A DNA stretch of 64,000 nucleotides, taken from Hyphochytrium catenoides (taxonomy: Eukaryota; Protista; Hyphochytriomycota). The notes beneath the pieces are model-generated. The model did no database searches. It saw only the letters and a program-made list of their open reading frames with translations, and was not told where the DNA came from. This document shows, one piece after another, positions 26,495 through 39,519 of this stretch (positions within the stretch are counted from its first letter, which is position 1; every line of letters starts with the position of its first letter). A program made the translations under genes and the position numbers. The stretch is taken from positions 53,969 through 117,968 of the forward strand of contig FLMG01004723.1 in the NCBI GenBank assembly GCA_900088475.1, in the 5' to 3' direction.

Positions 26495-28370
26495 ATGTCT
26501 TCTCCTACACCTGAAGGCACTGAAACTCAGCATGTTCCGAAGAGGAAGAGAGGGAGGCCTCGGAAGGACACATCAACATCCAACACAGTCAAGACGACCA
26601 CCACCACTGGGTGGAGGATATCTCCGCGTTGTCGCTCCTCTCCTCCTTCCCTGGATGGCAGTAATCCTGCCTCTGTTCCATCTTCTTCCACTCCTACCTC
26701 TTCCTCGAGAAAAAGAAAGAGAGAGCACCATCGAAGCAGTAGAGGACGGAAAGGGAGCGACAATGGGAGGAAGAAGCAGCAGCGCGCTCGCCAGGATGCT
26801 GAGATGTTCATTGTCGAAGGCATTGTCAATCGGAGGCTGACAAAGGCCATGACTGGTGTGGAGTACAAGGTTTGGCGCGCATACTCTCTGCATTCAACCA
26901 GACGCAGTATATCTCCTTCTCTCTTGCTTCTTCTCGCCTCCTTTCGCGATTGATTCACCTCAGGCCATTGCTTTGGCTAAAGTTCTCCTTATTCCTTGTC
27001 CTTTTGTCAAGTTCTGAGCTCTCGTACACTGTGCTATAGCATTTTTATAGGCTAGTCCTGGATATGCCTTCGTCTGGGAATTTCCGTTCACCTCTGTTTC
27101 CCTCTTAGCAATGTTGTTGACAATGTATAGCTCCACCCTCTTTATTGTACGATCAAAGGAGGAAAGAGGTCTTACAAGCCGCTCCTCCGTTTCTCTCCTA
27201 CCTTCTTCCGGTGCATACTGCCGCGTTATTCTTCTCTGTGCTATTACCATTCAATGGCGTTCCACGGCCGCGAGTCTGACACCCTGTTCACTTCGATGCC
27301 TCGTTTCCCTGCTTGTTGACTGTTATCTCACTCTGACGCTTTCCAGGTGCGCTGGGCAGGCTATGATGCATCTGCTGACTCCTGGGAGCCCATGCCCAAC
27401 CTTTTGGCCGACAACCTAGGGGACCTAATTGGATACTATGAGGAGAGAAAGCTAGCGCAGGTATGTGTGTCTCCTCCTGCTTGCACTCCCTTCACAACCT
27501 ACTGTCTTTACTCCGTCTCCTCTGTCCGTAAATCCAAGAGGACGTTTTTTAATAGAGTTGTACTTCCTGCTCGACACCAAGCAGATTCCAGTCTCTGCCC
27601 ATTACTGAGGATTATTTCCTCTTCTGACCATCCCGTTTTATACCGTCTTTCTGTGTGGCTCACCCGAGAACCCTCTTGTTTCCTTTATGAATGGCCTCTT
27701 TTCTCCTCTCACTTGGCTTTCCTTATCAGTTATCGGAGAAGCGAGTAAAACTTCCACAGCCCCGTCCAGCAACCATGAAAAGCACCCATTTGTTGCCTTC
27801 AGATGGGGAGTCTCTCGTAGGAAAAAAGACAATGAAGTTTTTCATGGAGCATGGGCTTCAGATTGGAAGAGTGAAGAAGTACCTGAACCCTAACTGGTAG
27901 GCTTCAAAGGCTCTCTTCCTTTCTGGCCTACATACCTATCTGTTATCATTAAGTTGAGCAGAGTAGCTCCTCCTTCTGTCGTCAATCCGCTGACCAGAGT
28001 TAGCTAAAGGCAGCTCTTAGCAATATTAAGGGTTTCCTGGCTCGCACTTCAAACGTTTGTATGACTCTAGCTCTTAGGGATTCAGCTTTCAAGCTTCTTT
28101 GCCATCTCATGCATCGTGTTCGCTCCTTTATTGAGGCTGCAAATCTTTGCATTCCTTTCCTTGGTCCTACGCTTCACCTCTCTCTTGAATCCTAACACCT
28201 AACATGTTGTCTTCTTTCGCAGGCTGGTGTCGTTCCCTAGCCGCGAGGACTTGGAGGTGAAAGAGAACGAGCTATTGCAGATGATCCTTCTAGCCAATGA
28301 GGCTTATGACGACGTGAAAAGGAGGAAAAAAGCATACAAAGGTGCCACCTACAAAGGCACTAAGAAGTAG
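26495..28370 (+). CDS. Chromatin protein: AT-hook + chromodomain + PTM/DIR17-type Tudor-like domain
   Basis: RKRGRPRK AT-hook; FIVEGIVNRR...EYK|VRWAGYDASADSWEPMPNL chromodomain; LVGKKTMKFFMEHGLQIGRVKKYLNPNW|LVSFPSREDLEVKENEL Tudor-like; four exons, stop TAG 28368-28370. Confidence 0.8.
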
Positions 28371-28608
28371 GGCAAGAAGAGAACGCGATTATGCCCGTTT
28401 GGCTAGTCTTTACACAGCTTTCTAAGTATATATCTGTCCTCTAGTTCTCTGAGACTTCCTCTAAAGCTTCCTAAAGTATTTATTAGTGGGAGTTAAAGAC
28501 CAGAGCTCTTTCATCCCCCTATAAACCCCGAGTAACGGCACTCCTTATCTACAAATAAGAGTTAACGTGTGTCATAAGACGCCCAAGGGTGATTCTCCTC
28601 TCTTACTT

Positions 28609-31190
28609 TTATGAGCTTTGAGCCAGTTCCAGGTAGCCTCCAGGCGGCGGAGTCAATTCGCCGACATTGTCCTGGAGCCATTGCTAACAGGGCAAGATGT
28701 GAGCGGGGAGCGGAGGAGCCAGTTCCGTGGACTACATTCGTTGCTCCTAACCCTAACCCTCTCGCAGTACCTGGCCACCCACTTACCCGAATTCGCTTCT
28801 CTGTGTCCTCTCTGCTGTCAGTAGCATAGACGGGAATCGGGCCGATCGTGTCGTTTGGAATGCCTTGCCCTTTAAGCGTCAGGCGGATATATGACTCGGC
28901 ACCCTGCGCTGCCTTCTCCAGTTGTTTCTGCCTCTCCAAGCAGTTCTGAAGGAGGACTACGGCAGTGGGCAAGAGTTGAAACATATCAGATGTCCGTTGT
29001 TACCTGGCTCTGTGACTATCATCTCTCTTTTTGCCTCATCCTCTCCCGCTGTATGAAATCCATAAATATCAGTTCCGTCACAGGCTTTCCCCTATCAGGC
29101 GGCGATGGAAGCGCCTCCACAGCCGCCTCTCCTTTCCTTGCCTCAGGTGTATAACCTGGAGCCTTTCTGCTTGCATCAACTCTGGCCGTGTTTACTTACC
29201 ATCGACAAGCTTCCTGTAGGTGCATTTCTTCTGTACTTCCTCTTCGGCATTATTATAGATCCAGGGTAAGAAGTCTGTCTGTATAAGCCTTGTCAGCGGA
29301 TCGTAGAACACGCCTGCCTCTTCCAAGCTCCCCATAGTTGACGTTTTGGCCGCTTCCACAAGGGAAGAGGCCAAGTGGACGGCTGCGATTTTCCTTGAGA
29401 GCAGCTCTTCAGCTCTAACCCTGTCTTGTTCTTGTCGAAGCTTTTCAACTGCTGCCTTTTGTCTGTCTAACGCTTTCCGCTCCATATTCTTCACTCTTTC
29501 ACTTTCCTCCGCTTTTTCATTATAGAGGACTCTCTGTCAAGAATTTACAGTCAGACGAATGATTTAAGCGCTAAGAACGGTTTAGTGCGTCGTCTCTCTC
29601 GCTCTGTCTATATAACTCTTTAATCTTCGTCTCTCTCCTCTTTCGTGCCTCTTACACCTCTCTACTTCTCTTTATCTTCTCTGAAAATGTCCGTCTGTTG
29701 ACCCATTTATTGATTCAAACTACGATTGAGCCATTCCTAGCACGCACCTTTGCCTTGACAACCTCCACCAGCTCTTCTTCCTCTTCCACCTCCATTAACG
29801 CTTGCTCAAGCGTTTTGGAGACCAGAATCTGAACCAACGGCGCGACCTCCGCATCGAAGTCAAAGAGTTCATCTTCTGGTTCGATCTGTGGAAACAGACA
29901 AACGAGGAAAGGAGAAATAGTTACTGATGAGATTTGACTAGAGAGAACGGCGATAATGCCCACTGAAAGGAAAAAGAAGACGCAATGCTCCATATAGGCG
30001 GAGGACTTCATTGATCAAAAGCAAGATCAATAGCTCTGAGAGGCTAAACTCTTTATATCTTCTCAGATAGCGTCTTAGAGTACGCGAAGAGGAGAGAGGG
30101 AAGGAAACTAGGAGGAGAGAAGGGAAGGCAAGAGGACAGAGCGAGAAAGAGAGAAAAGGAAACTGCCTGGAGAGGAGATAGAAAGGATCTCTCTTTCAGA
30201 GAGAAAGGACAGCCAAAAAGGCAGAAAAAGAACATGAAAAGTTGATTGTGAACAGAAAAGACGAGAGTGAAAGGCTTAAGCCTACCTGGGTTTCTGCATC
30301 GATGCCTGTCTTCTTCGGTATAAAGACCGGACTCTGGGGACGTGGAGCGAAGCGCTCTGTTTGCGTAGAGATGGTCGTCTGCTCTTTTCTGACTTCCGCC
30401 TCGGTCAGGTTCTTGTCCAATGAGACAGGTACATCTAGGGCAGTAACCGACAGGCTTCTGGTCAGCACCATCACAGACGACAGAGAGCAAGCGGTAGACT
30501 GCAAAACAAGGTAAAGGCCACTCTTGGCCCCTTTGTAGAAGAAAATGGAGGGAGATATAGGCTTAGGAAGAGGAGCCAGAAAACAGAGGATTGAGAAGGA
30601 AGAAGGGTCTGCCTACAGGCTATTTCAGGCGGTTGTATGTCATAGATTGATCCTTTCCTTATCTTCTTTGTCTTGAGATTAATGGAGGGCCATTGGACAC
30701 AGACAGCGCGCCAAGAGGACAGCGTGGCAGTTTAGAAGTGAGATAAGAGGGACATTTCCTTTGCGTCCATGACAGGAGAAGGCAAAGAAGGGCAGATACG
30801 GACATCCAGAAGAGGAAAGAGAAAGAATGGCAGAAAGCAAGAGCTAGCAAATCTAGGCAAAACCCTTGGGAGGATCAGTATGCAAAGTGGTAGGGCCTCA
30901 CCGTGTTCCCAAGGCTTGCTACCCTGGGGTCCGAAGCTATGCTTCTGTGACAAATTATGATGAGCCAGCGCTTCGTCGCCCGCATCTTCTCTCCCTTGCT
31001 CGCCTCGTTCGATAACCTTTCACAATATACACTCTCTCTCTCTCTTCTAACCTAACTTTAGAATCTGTCCCTTCCTCACTCTCCCTCCTTACCGGCTTGG
31101 TTTCTCATCGTCCGACCGATATTTCCTGTGCCTGTCGTTGACAGCTCTGGGTTGTGAAGAGAAGGCATAGGGAGATGAGTGGCCTGACAT
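28609..31190 (-). CDS. RSP3: Flagellar radial spoke protein 3
   Basis: YAFSSQPRAV; SIASDPRVASLGNT (cf. NIMYDxRVxRGNT); STQTERFAPRPQSPVFIPKKTGIDAETQ|IEPEDELFDFDAEVAPLVQILVSKTLEQALMEVEEEEEL; multi-exon; last exon QWLQDNVG...AQSS* inferred. Confidence 0.9.
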
Positions 31191-31849
31191 CCTCTTCACT
31201 CTGAAAAGCTGCTGATTGACACTGCACTTGCGCGAGAGTGAACAGTCTTCCTTCTGGCGTCTTATCCTCACTGATCAGTCTAAGAGGCTTACGACGCCGG
31301 TGATCTATGTTCCCAGCATAAGTCCATCATCATCTCTTCCTGTCTCTCTCCCCCTTTTCTCCTTTTTCCTTTCACACCTTCTTTGTCTTTTCACACCTCT
31401 CTCTGTCTCTCGACTTCGTCTCTTCCCTCGTCTCTTGCTGGGCTTTCCTTTAGCAACCTTGGTCGACTGTTTTTCCTTGTGAATATCAAGATCAGAGGAA
31501 GGAGAAGTTATGGCTTCGCAGGACGGGAGAGGGAAGCCAGGCAGCTAGATGCCAATATGTCAACGTGGAGACAATGAGGAGGAGGCGATGAATAATAGTC
31601 TATGATCAAAGCAGGGAGCGGAAGGCAAGGAAGCGGTGGGAGACCGAGGGAGGAGGTGGGAGTGGGACCTAGCAGAAGCGGAGGATCAGGAGATGGGAGC
31701 TCACGAGAGTGACCGAGAGACGAGACTATCCAAGAGGGACAAAGTCGAGCGAGCCATCACACCACGAACAGAGGAAATCAATCATCAGCCACACCTCTGT
31801 GAAGAGAGCGTCTGAGGAGAGAAGGAAGAAGTGCGTGAAAGAGTATGAG

Positions 31850-31998
31850 AGACAGAGAGAGGAGAGAGAGAGAGAGAGAGAGAGAGGAAAAGCGAGTGAG
31901 TTGAGAATAAGCACAGGAGAGAGGAAGAAGTAGAAATAGAGAGAGCAAGAGTGAGCAAGAGGGACGAGAGAGAGAAAAAGAGAGAGAAAGGGAAAGAA

Positions 31999-32059
<61 letters not shown>

Positions 32060-32080
32060 AAGGGAGACAGAGAGAGAGGG
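31850..32080. repeat. (GA)n-rich microsatellite tract
   Basis: Long perfect and interrupted GA dinucleotide runs. Confidence 0.95.
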
Positions 32081-32475
32081 AAGGACAACAGAGTGGTAAA
32101 GTTAGAAGGATGAAGGGACACACAATCGTTACACAAGATGGAAAGTAAGCTGTGTGATAATCACTCAACCCTTTCTAAAGTTATCTCTTCATCCTGGAAA
32201 CGGTTACTTATCACTACAGTTTTCTTCCTTATATTATGAGAAACGGTTGTTGTCGCCTCCTTCCTCCACCACGCTTCAAGGCTCATCATCTCATCATCAT
32301 CATGCTAGGGAGACAGTCCTAGAACTGCCGGCGTTCGGCACGGGATGCTGCCCTCCTCCGGAAGAGCCTGCTTCCACCTTACGTCTGTCTGGTCATCGCC
32401 GCCTTGCTTCTCCCCTAGCAGCAGCTTTGTGGATGCTGGTATGACAGTTAATGATGATAGATGATGATGGGCTAG

Positions 32476-34859
32476 CTAAAGCCCGCTGATCTTGTTGCAA
32501 TAGCTCTCCAAGATGGGCTTCATTGACGGCCTTACGGATTCAGCTAGGCTTAGCGGATCTCTGCCGTCCTGTGAAAATTGTCATAATGTGCGTGTTCAAT
32601 GTGAGGCTCTGGCATAAGGGAAGGAGAATCGTCGTAGTGGAGAGAGTCAGAGGAGATTACCTTAGCTCGGAGGGTAGGGTTTGCTTTCAGCTCCAATAAA
32701 GCGACAGCATTTTCGTCGCAGCCACAGAAGATGGCTATGTAGAGTGGAGTACGGCCAACCTGCAACCACAACTTCATTAATAAAGAAGAGAAATTTGAAG
32801 AAGGAATCAAAGTGAGGCGAAGTGGCAGCCATTCAGCGTCCGAAACAAAAAGAAACCGAGAGAAGTGTGCCCTGACTTTGTCCTGCACGTCTACATTCCC
32901 TCCATTTGTTACTATGGCGCGAATGACAGCGGCATTCTGGAGCCTGGAGGCAGCCAAGTGCAAGGAGCTGGACCCTGTCTGTTAACATCTCCTTCAGTAA
33001 ATGATAGCCAAGCTGATTGCACATCTGTAAAAAGATTACCACTGACCTTATCTTTGACCCGAAGGTTTGCGCCCGATGCTATCAAAGTTTGAAGAGCTGA
33101 GACCTGGCCAGCTTCACAAGCGAGGTGGCAAGCTGTCCATCCTAGCTGTTTCATTTTGCATAAAGTCGGCGTAGGCCGGGGAGAAAGAAGGAGTTGCTTA
33201 GCTTTACATAGAAAAAGGAAGAAACAGTGAACAAAAGGGCGGAGGGACGAGCAATAGAACTGTTGACATAGGAAGAACTCAGGGAGAGAAGGAGATGGGC
33301 CTGTTATCTTTAGTACCTCAGTTGTGATCTCAAGGTTACAGTGTCGTGTCACCAACAACTGCAATATCCCAACCAGTCCTCGAGCGGCTGCTATATGCAC
33401 AGGTGTCTCTCCGCGCTGAGCCAACGAGCATAAGTACGATAGTTTCTCTTGGGGAAGAGGGAATAGCAAGAAGCAGCGGTATCATTCGACTCAAGGTGAG
33501 AGCTGTGACAGTTCAGTGGTGTCATTTGAATCGAGGTGAGAGTTATAAGAGTTCTAGGGTCATGAAATCTCTGACCCTATTTTGAGTGTCCACGGATGCT
33601 GAGAGACGGTCAAGCAACATCTTAGCGGCTTCCTCATGGCCCTGAGCACAGGCATGATGCAGTGGCGTGCAGCGGTCCTATTCAAGGGCGTATAGATGTA
33701 TAGAAATGGGAGTGTTAACCTTTATCCCGCAGAAATCAGAGTCAAGGCCTTGTTTTGCCGTTCCTACCTTGTCGAGAACAGTTGGCTGAGTTTGTTTCAC
33801 CAACAGAAGCTTAAGGACCTTAGTCGAGCCACGAGCAGCTGCGACATGAAGCGGCGTTTCTAGTCTCTGTATAGGCGATGAATCGTCCACAAACGGTAAG
33901 AGCTTGGAGAACAGGAGGAGATACTGAGCTTCTCACCGAGTTCTGAAGATCAGGATCATGTCCATGTCTGAGGAGAACCTCTGCAGCGTCTGAAAAGTCC
34001 CTCGAAGCAGCGACATGTAGCAAACTTTCTTGCCCTTTACCCTATAACATAAAGACAGAGCTTCAGCAGCAGTGTGGACCGCAAGGGCAAATTGTGTGGT
34101 GGCAATTTCCACCTTATAGATATAGTTACGTTGATGTGCGGGATCCTCAACTGCCGGCAGTAGCTCACTGACTGCTTCAGCATCTGTCTGCAGATGCACC
34201 GCCCTCCAGCATGCTAAGAAGTGACGAAGGCAGAGGTAAACATTAATCATGATATGAAATCCCCAATCACGGCACGCCACACAGCTTACCCTTCCTGTTG
34301 CTCTCAGCGCAATAAGCGAGATAACGCTCCGCCACCAGGAGATGGACTGGTTCTAGGTTTGCACTGAAGAGTGGCCTGTTGGGCTCCTCAACATTGTGCT
34401 GATGGATTCGTAAACTGGTTGTAAGGAGAGTCTCCTTTGGTGAAAGCTGGAAGGGTCTGAATAGTCCCTTGATCTTGCCCTGCAAGTTTGTTCGACATAC
34501 AGCAGCAGAGAGGCCAACAGACAGTGTTATCTCAACCGCTAGAACGAGCATAGACGAAAAGAAGAGAGAGGATCATTGTCTTTCAGGGCGGTACGCAACG
34601 TCCGTTCGGTGACGGTTAGAGTGAACTGTAGGGCTCATACCGTGTATGGCTCAGTGATGGAGAAATAGTTCCATATTTGCATTGCGACAGAGCCAGAGGC
34701 CGCGGTGCCTGACTCGGGAGGGATCGCTTCTGAGCTTAGCGGCCCCTTCTCTGCCTTTCGTGTTTCCTCCTCGCTAGAAACGTGTCCGGCCGAAAGTGGG
34801 CTCAGGTCATCTTCCCCAAGATGACGCTGTTCGTCTGACCCTGTGACTGCTGTCTCCAT
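32476..34859 (-). CDS. Ankyrin-repeat protein (7 full repeats plus capping exon) with unique N-terminus
   Basis: Repeats SLLHVAA, TPLHVAAARG, TPLHHACAQG, TPVHIAAARG, TACHLACEAG, SSLHLAAS, TPLYIAIFCG, each on its own phase-0 exon; N-terminal exon boundaries less certain. Confidence 0.88.
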
Positions 34860-35034
34860 GTTGTGGTGGTGGTCACTATCCTTCCTCCTCAAAGATTACT
34901 CATCACGCTAATATCACCTCCAATACGCAGATACCCGCGTGGTTACCTGCATCTTTTTCGTGTAACTGAGTGTCAGACTATTCTAGACTGCACAAAGACT
35001 GCACAAAGGAGGAGCAGAGAAGAGGAAAGGTAGT

Positions 35035-35235
35035 GATGATTCTCAAAACGAGACGTCATGGTGCATGCGCGAGCATCAGCTTCTGGTAGCACACAAATGT
35101 AAGCAGAGCACGGCGCACAGCAGAACCACATTCGTTTCGTTCCCTCTCTCTCGGGACAGTGCAACAGCGCGCTATTTGGGTTGAATATTAGAGGAAAGAA
35201 GAACTGCCGACGGCAAAGTTGACATTGCGTTGACT
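35035..35235 (-). mobile_element. Possible remnant of a piggyBac-type C-terminal cysteine-rich domain
   Basis: CQLC...KRMWFCCAPCSAYICV...TSRFENHH resembles CxxC...Y/FxCxxC..LC...CF..YH; no transposase core seen. Confidence 0.25.
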
Positions 35236-36187
35236 CCGAGACTGCTGACTGCTGACACATCGTCGCTGAGAACCTAGCGTGCTACCTGGCGCCTGCATGA
35301 TAGTACGAGTCCGCGTGCTGATCAGTCCAGACTGAAGACATTGAATAAGAGGGATGATCGTCTAGCTGTGTAGAACTACCTGTTGCTAAGGACAGACGAG
35401 CTGGTGGAAGGGCTGCTACTACTGTTTCGACAGCTTGAAGCAGACAGTGTGGTCGTTTCAGCTTCTCTTTGATAATCAATCAGCGATTATGCAGGATTAG
35501 TAACTAATCAAAACAGATCTTTCCCTCACTGAACTTCAACACGGCAATCTCCAAGCCACCTCTTCTCTTTTGTACACCGGCACAATTCTGTATCATTTAG
35601 AATCTTAACGTGATTACGTAAAACATTGAATATCTAAGGTATTACAATTCTAGATATTCACGGCTTTTGGCTGCAGCAATTTTTGGTCAGGCTGACTTCT
35701 TGAAAGGTTAGTCTTCCGTCTTCCTGTCTACGTCTCTCTCTCCTCCACTCTTTCTTTTTTCTCTCTCTCTCTCTCTCCCTCTCCCTCTCCCCTTCGTTCC
35801 TGCTCTCTACTCAGTGATACGGCCTCGCCCTCGCCCCCCTTGCTCCATCCTCTTGCTTTGCTCTGCTGTGCAGCTTGGCCTGCATTCGCTGCCATCAGAG
35901 AGAGTGCTTTAGCTTGGTTCTAGGTTATCGAGGTGATGTGGACTTCCGCCATCGTTGCCCTCTTTTGTTCTTGAAGCCGTCCCTTCGTCTCGTCCACCAT
36001 CATGCTGTTAGGGTAGCAGGAGCTGCAGGATAACAGAGGCAGGAGATATAGAGCTCAATGCGATTTGGGGACAGTGAGTTGCCTAACGGAAATGCAGAGC
36101 TGAAGTAACCATTCTGTGCACCTGCTGCGCTCATAAGGTATGTCCCTAACGCCTCTGCATCTGCAGACGGGACACGTAGTCAGAAGA

Positions 36188-36954
36188 ATGGATCAATCAC
36201 CGATGCATCAGCTCCAAGTGCCACTTCTAGCTGAGGAGAACCGCTCAAGTACTTTGGAGGTCAACAGAGGGAGCATTGCAGATGCGGAATCGCCTCCTTT
36301 GGTTGTCGACAAGTCCGTTCCTATCGACATCAATCCGCAGCCTGCTCCAGTGGAAACAGGGAAGAGTGGGACGGCAATAACCAGCTTCGAGAGACAGCTA
36401 TCAGCAGGTACCTGGTTACGTTGTTCTCATTACTTCCCAGGACATTGCTGATGTACACTTCTATAGCCGTACAGATTGTCGGTTACATCGATGTGATAGG
36501 TGGAGTTCTGGCCATCGTTCTGTTCTCGTATGTTCTTTCAGTCGCGGACCCAGGACAGATTCTTGGCAGTACCTTAAAATGGGGCAGCACGGTGACCCTC
36601 TGCTCCATCCTTATCGTCCTTAGTTGTGCCAATGGCATTATGGGTGCTGTGGGTGTCTACAGCTCAGGTACCTGGCTGACTACCACCTAGCATCACCTGG
36701 CGATCCCAGTGTTAATACTATTTTTTTTGTCTTCTTTAGAGCGCGCAGGATATAACTATGCCGTAGCCTACTCGGCATGGTCATTTATCAAGATAATCCT
36801 TGCACTGCTGGGGGCTATATTTTTGAATCTTTGGTGTCTGATTATAGTTGTTGTGGAGATCTTCTTCACATACTGCGTAGTATCCTTCACGTTAGCTCTT
36901 TCGCTGGGGAAATTCGGAGCTTATCCTGCGGCGGTCCAGACAGTGCTCCATTAG
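36188..36954 (+). CDS. Small four-transmembrane protein of unknown function with N-terminal dileucine-like motif (QLQVPLL)
   Basis: Three exons joined in phase; four hydrophobic segments; stop TAG 36952-36954. Confidence 0.75.
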
Positions 36955-37072
36955 TAGACTATACCAAGGGGACTACTAGCCTCTCACACTACAACTTGTG
37001 TGAATACAAGAGGCAATCTTTCTCCTAGCAGCAGGGAATGCAATTCATGGTGGTTAGTGTAAGCCATGCCTT

Positions 37073-38733
37073 CTACTCCTCCTCTGTTTTCTTTGTAACA
37101 TAACCTATGCGTAAGAGAAAATCGTCCAGAGCTTCGCAATCGTTCACAGTCCAATCATCGTAGATTGGCTTGAAGTTTATCAGCGTTCTTATCAGCCATT
37201 CAGAGCTCTCACTATTATCCTTTCGAGGCCTTTGGAGCAGCTCCAAGGTGAGGATGGAGGCGTAAGGAGGCCACCAGTCTCCCCCTGCTCTCGTCAAGGA
37301 AGAGTTCAGAGCGCTGAGGAGGGCGAAGAGGGTAACGTCATGGCCGCTGTACACGACAAGTGAGAGTCCCTTCTTTGGCGTGCCTTCTTCCGTCTCGGAA
37401 ATCTTCTCAATGACCTACAGAGGTTCCAAAGTAGTCATTAGGCAGTCGGAGTGATTGATGATATGAAAGATCGCTTGAGCCAACCTCTGTGCCAAGCTGT
37501 TGGAAGATAGGTCCGGCCGCTAATTGTCGCAAGTAGTCGTCCGCATAGAACTGTGCTCACGAATCGTCATCAGTGTATCTAGCCAAGCGTACTACTTCAT
37601 GGTAATGTTGACCTGATGAAAGCGCCAGATGAAGTGGCGGATAGTTTCAGCTTTTAGACTCTCTGTAGCCGGTAAGAATGGTAACTGGTGCTCTTCGCGG
37701 CAAGTAAAGTAGTCGGCCCCATGAATCCAACGGAACTTCTCGGGCTGCTCTCTGTACATTGGCAGCAGTGACGTTAACTTGCGTTTTAGAGGCTCTGCCT
37801 CCTCTTCCCCTCTCAAGAAGTCTGGATGTTCCGCCTCCAGTTGCCTCGCCCTTCGACCTACTTCTGGCTTTGAGTCGTATGCTACAAACAATAGCAGCAT
37901 TAGTTTAGACGTGACCGTGCCAAACCTCCACTAGTCATTAACAGCGTAGATAATCGACAATGGGCCTACGGTTCAGGATATTCTCCAGAAGCGGCGGCAC
38001 GATGACAGGTACTGATATTTCTGACTGTGAGAAGAGTCCTAAGAGCAGTGACTGGGCACTCAATTGCGTTCTTCTGTACCCTGTCGACAGCACTCTTACG
38101 TGCTCTGTGTCAGCCGCCTCCAGCCCTGCAGCATCTAGGTAAGCTCTCTGCAATCAAATCATCGTGTTAGCTCATCGCCCACGCTGCATGCAATATATAC
38201 CTTACCAGCTGCTCTCCAACAATCTGCATCTGCTCCACGCCTAATTCTGTACAATGACCGAAGGGATACTCAGTTATATCCTTGTTTTGCTCCTCATGCC
38301 CGTCAAAATGAACAGGGAATCTCCGTTCTAAATAGTGCATTCGGTCGGCCTTAGGTAGGAGATCTGCCCAAATACTTCTTTCTTTCTCTTCCAAGACAGA
38401 ATCTGTGGCACAGACATTAAATTGAGGGGCCCGATCTCCATGCCTGTGAAGTACCTGATAGGTGGAGACACATTATGACTCGTATGCTTGTGATACACGA
38501 GATTGTCTTACCTGCATCAGCCGCAACGTAGCGCCTTCTCCCACTGGTATCTTTTGAGGTTCGCTTGCCCTCAAGTCCTCGGAGGACGCAGATATTGGCT
38601 TGAGCGGACCCTTATGTCCATTAGAGAAGTGTGAGACATGGTGCCAAATCCTGGTAGTACCCCTGGACAAGGAGGATCTTCTTTGCATGGCTCCCAATGA
38701 AGGAAAGCAGCTAGTGATTAGGCCCCTCGCCAT
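37073..38733 (-). CDS. Histidine acid phosphatase (branch 2; ACP6/lysophosphatidic acid phosphatase-like), putative mitochondrial presequence
   Basis: Catalytic motifs VLHRHGDRAP, YRRTQLSA and YSGHDVTL, WPPYAS; Arg/Ser-rich, acid-poor N-terminus; multi-exon. Confidence 0.9.
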
Positions 38734-39519
38734 AGTGGATGGTTGCGGCGGTGAATAATGAGGTCTGCCGCGCGTATAACGCCAGATATGCCGAGAAAGG
38801 CTCGGACACTGCAGTGCAGGTTCCTTCTTCCTCCGTGCCCGCCGCCAGGTCAGAGTTCAAACCCTAGCGCTTCCTCTCAAAGTGACTAGCCCTACCAGGG
38901 GTCGCGAGCCTGGGCTCCTGCCACATTGAGTAGGCAGCCGTCCAAGAGCTTTGAAGCAGCAGCTTCAGAAGCAGCAGCATCACTGATGATGGCCTGTAAA
39001 GGCCGAGGAGCTGATGATGAGCTGATGAGTTGCAGAGATGCGAACATCAAGAACGCATCCCATCCCAGACTTTCCGCATGGACGATAACTACCTCCATAA
39101 GCGCCTATTGATTCTTACCATAATGATTCTCTTAGCTCCTGGGGTAGCTCTCGGTAGTTGATATGCAAAAATGCACGATGACACCAGAACTTGACCAGAG
39201 CTCGGGAGCTCAGGAGCTGCATGGAGCTCCGTGTCTGACTTGAGCGAGCTTGCCCGATGCAGCAGCAGAAAGGTGTCACTTCTTCAGGTGCATCTGCTGC
39301 CATTAGAACATTAGCCAGGACTTCTCCCAGCCTTGCTCGGCAGCTCAAGCGATACCTATACGGCCTAAGACGGAAGAGACCAACAGTGATTACTTGTTAC
39401 TACCTCGCGAGTTGTGACTTCCGGTCAAATCGCCCACGGTCAGGTTGGAGAGGAGACGACCGCAGCTGCATTACCTTCCCGGCGGGTGTGAGCACCATCA
39501 GGGTGGTTCGTGAGACAAG

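Noticed and set aside
28747-28761. Telomere-like CCTAACCCTAACCCT
   Set aside because: Only about two units inside an RSP3 intron; compatible with chance.
31709-32168. ER/SL-rich ORFs (also at 44-45.9 kb, 59.2-59.7 kb and 62.8-63.9 kb)
   Set aside because: Translations of GA/CT microsatellites.
38845-38870. B-box/T-loop-like GAGTTCAAACCC
   Set aside because: No cloverleaf or A-box could be built.
38892-39364. Short minus-strand ORFs with splice-like ends between the phosphatase and HMBS
   Set aside because: No recognisable protein; may be UTR or promoter sequence.
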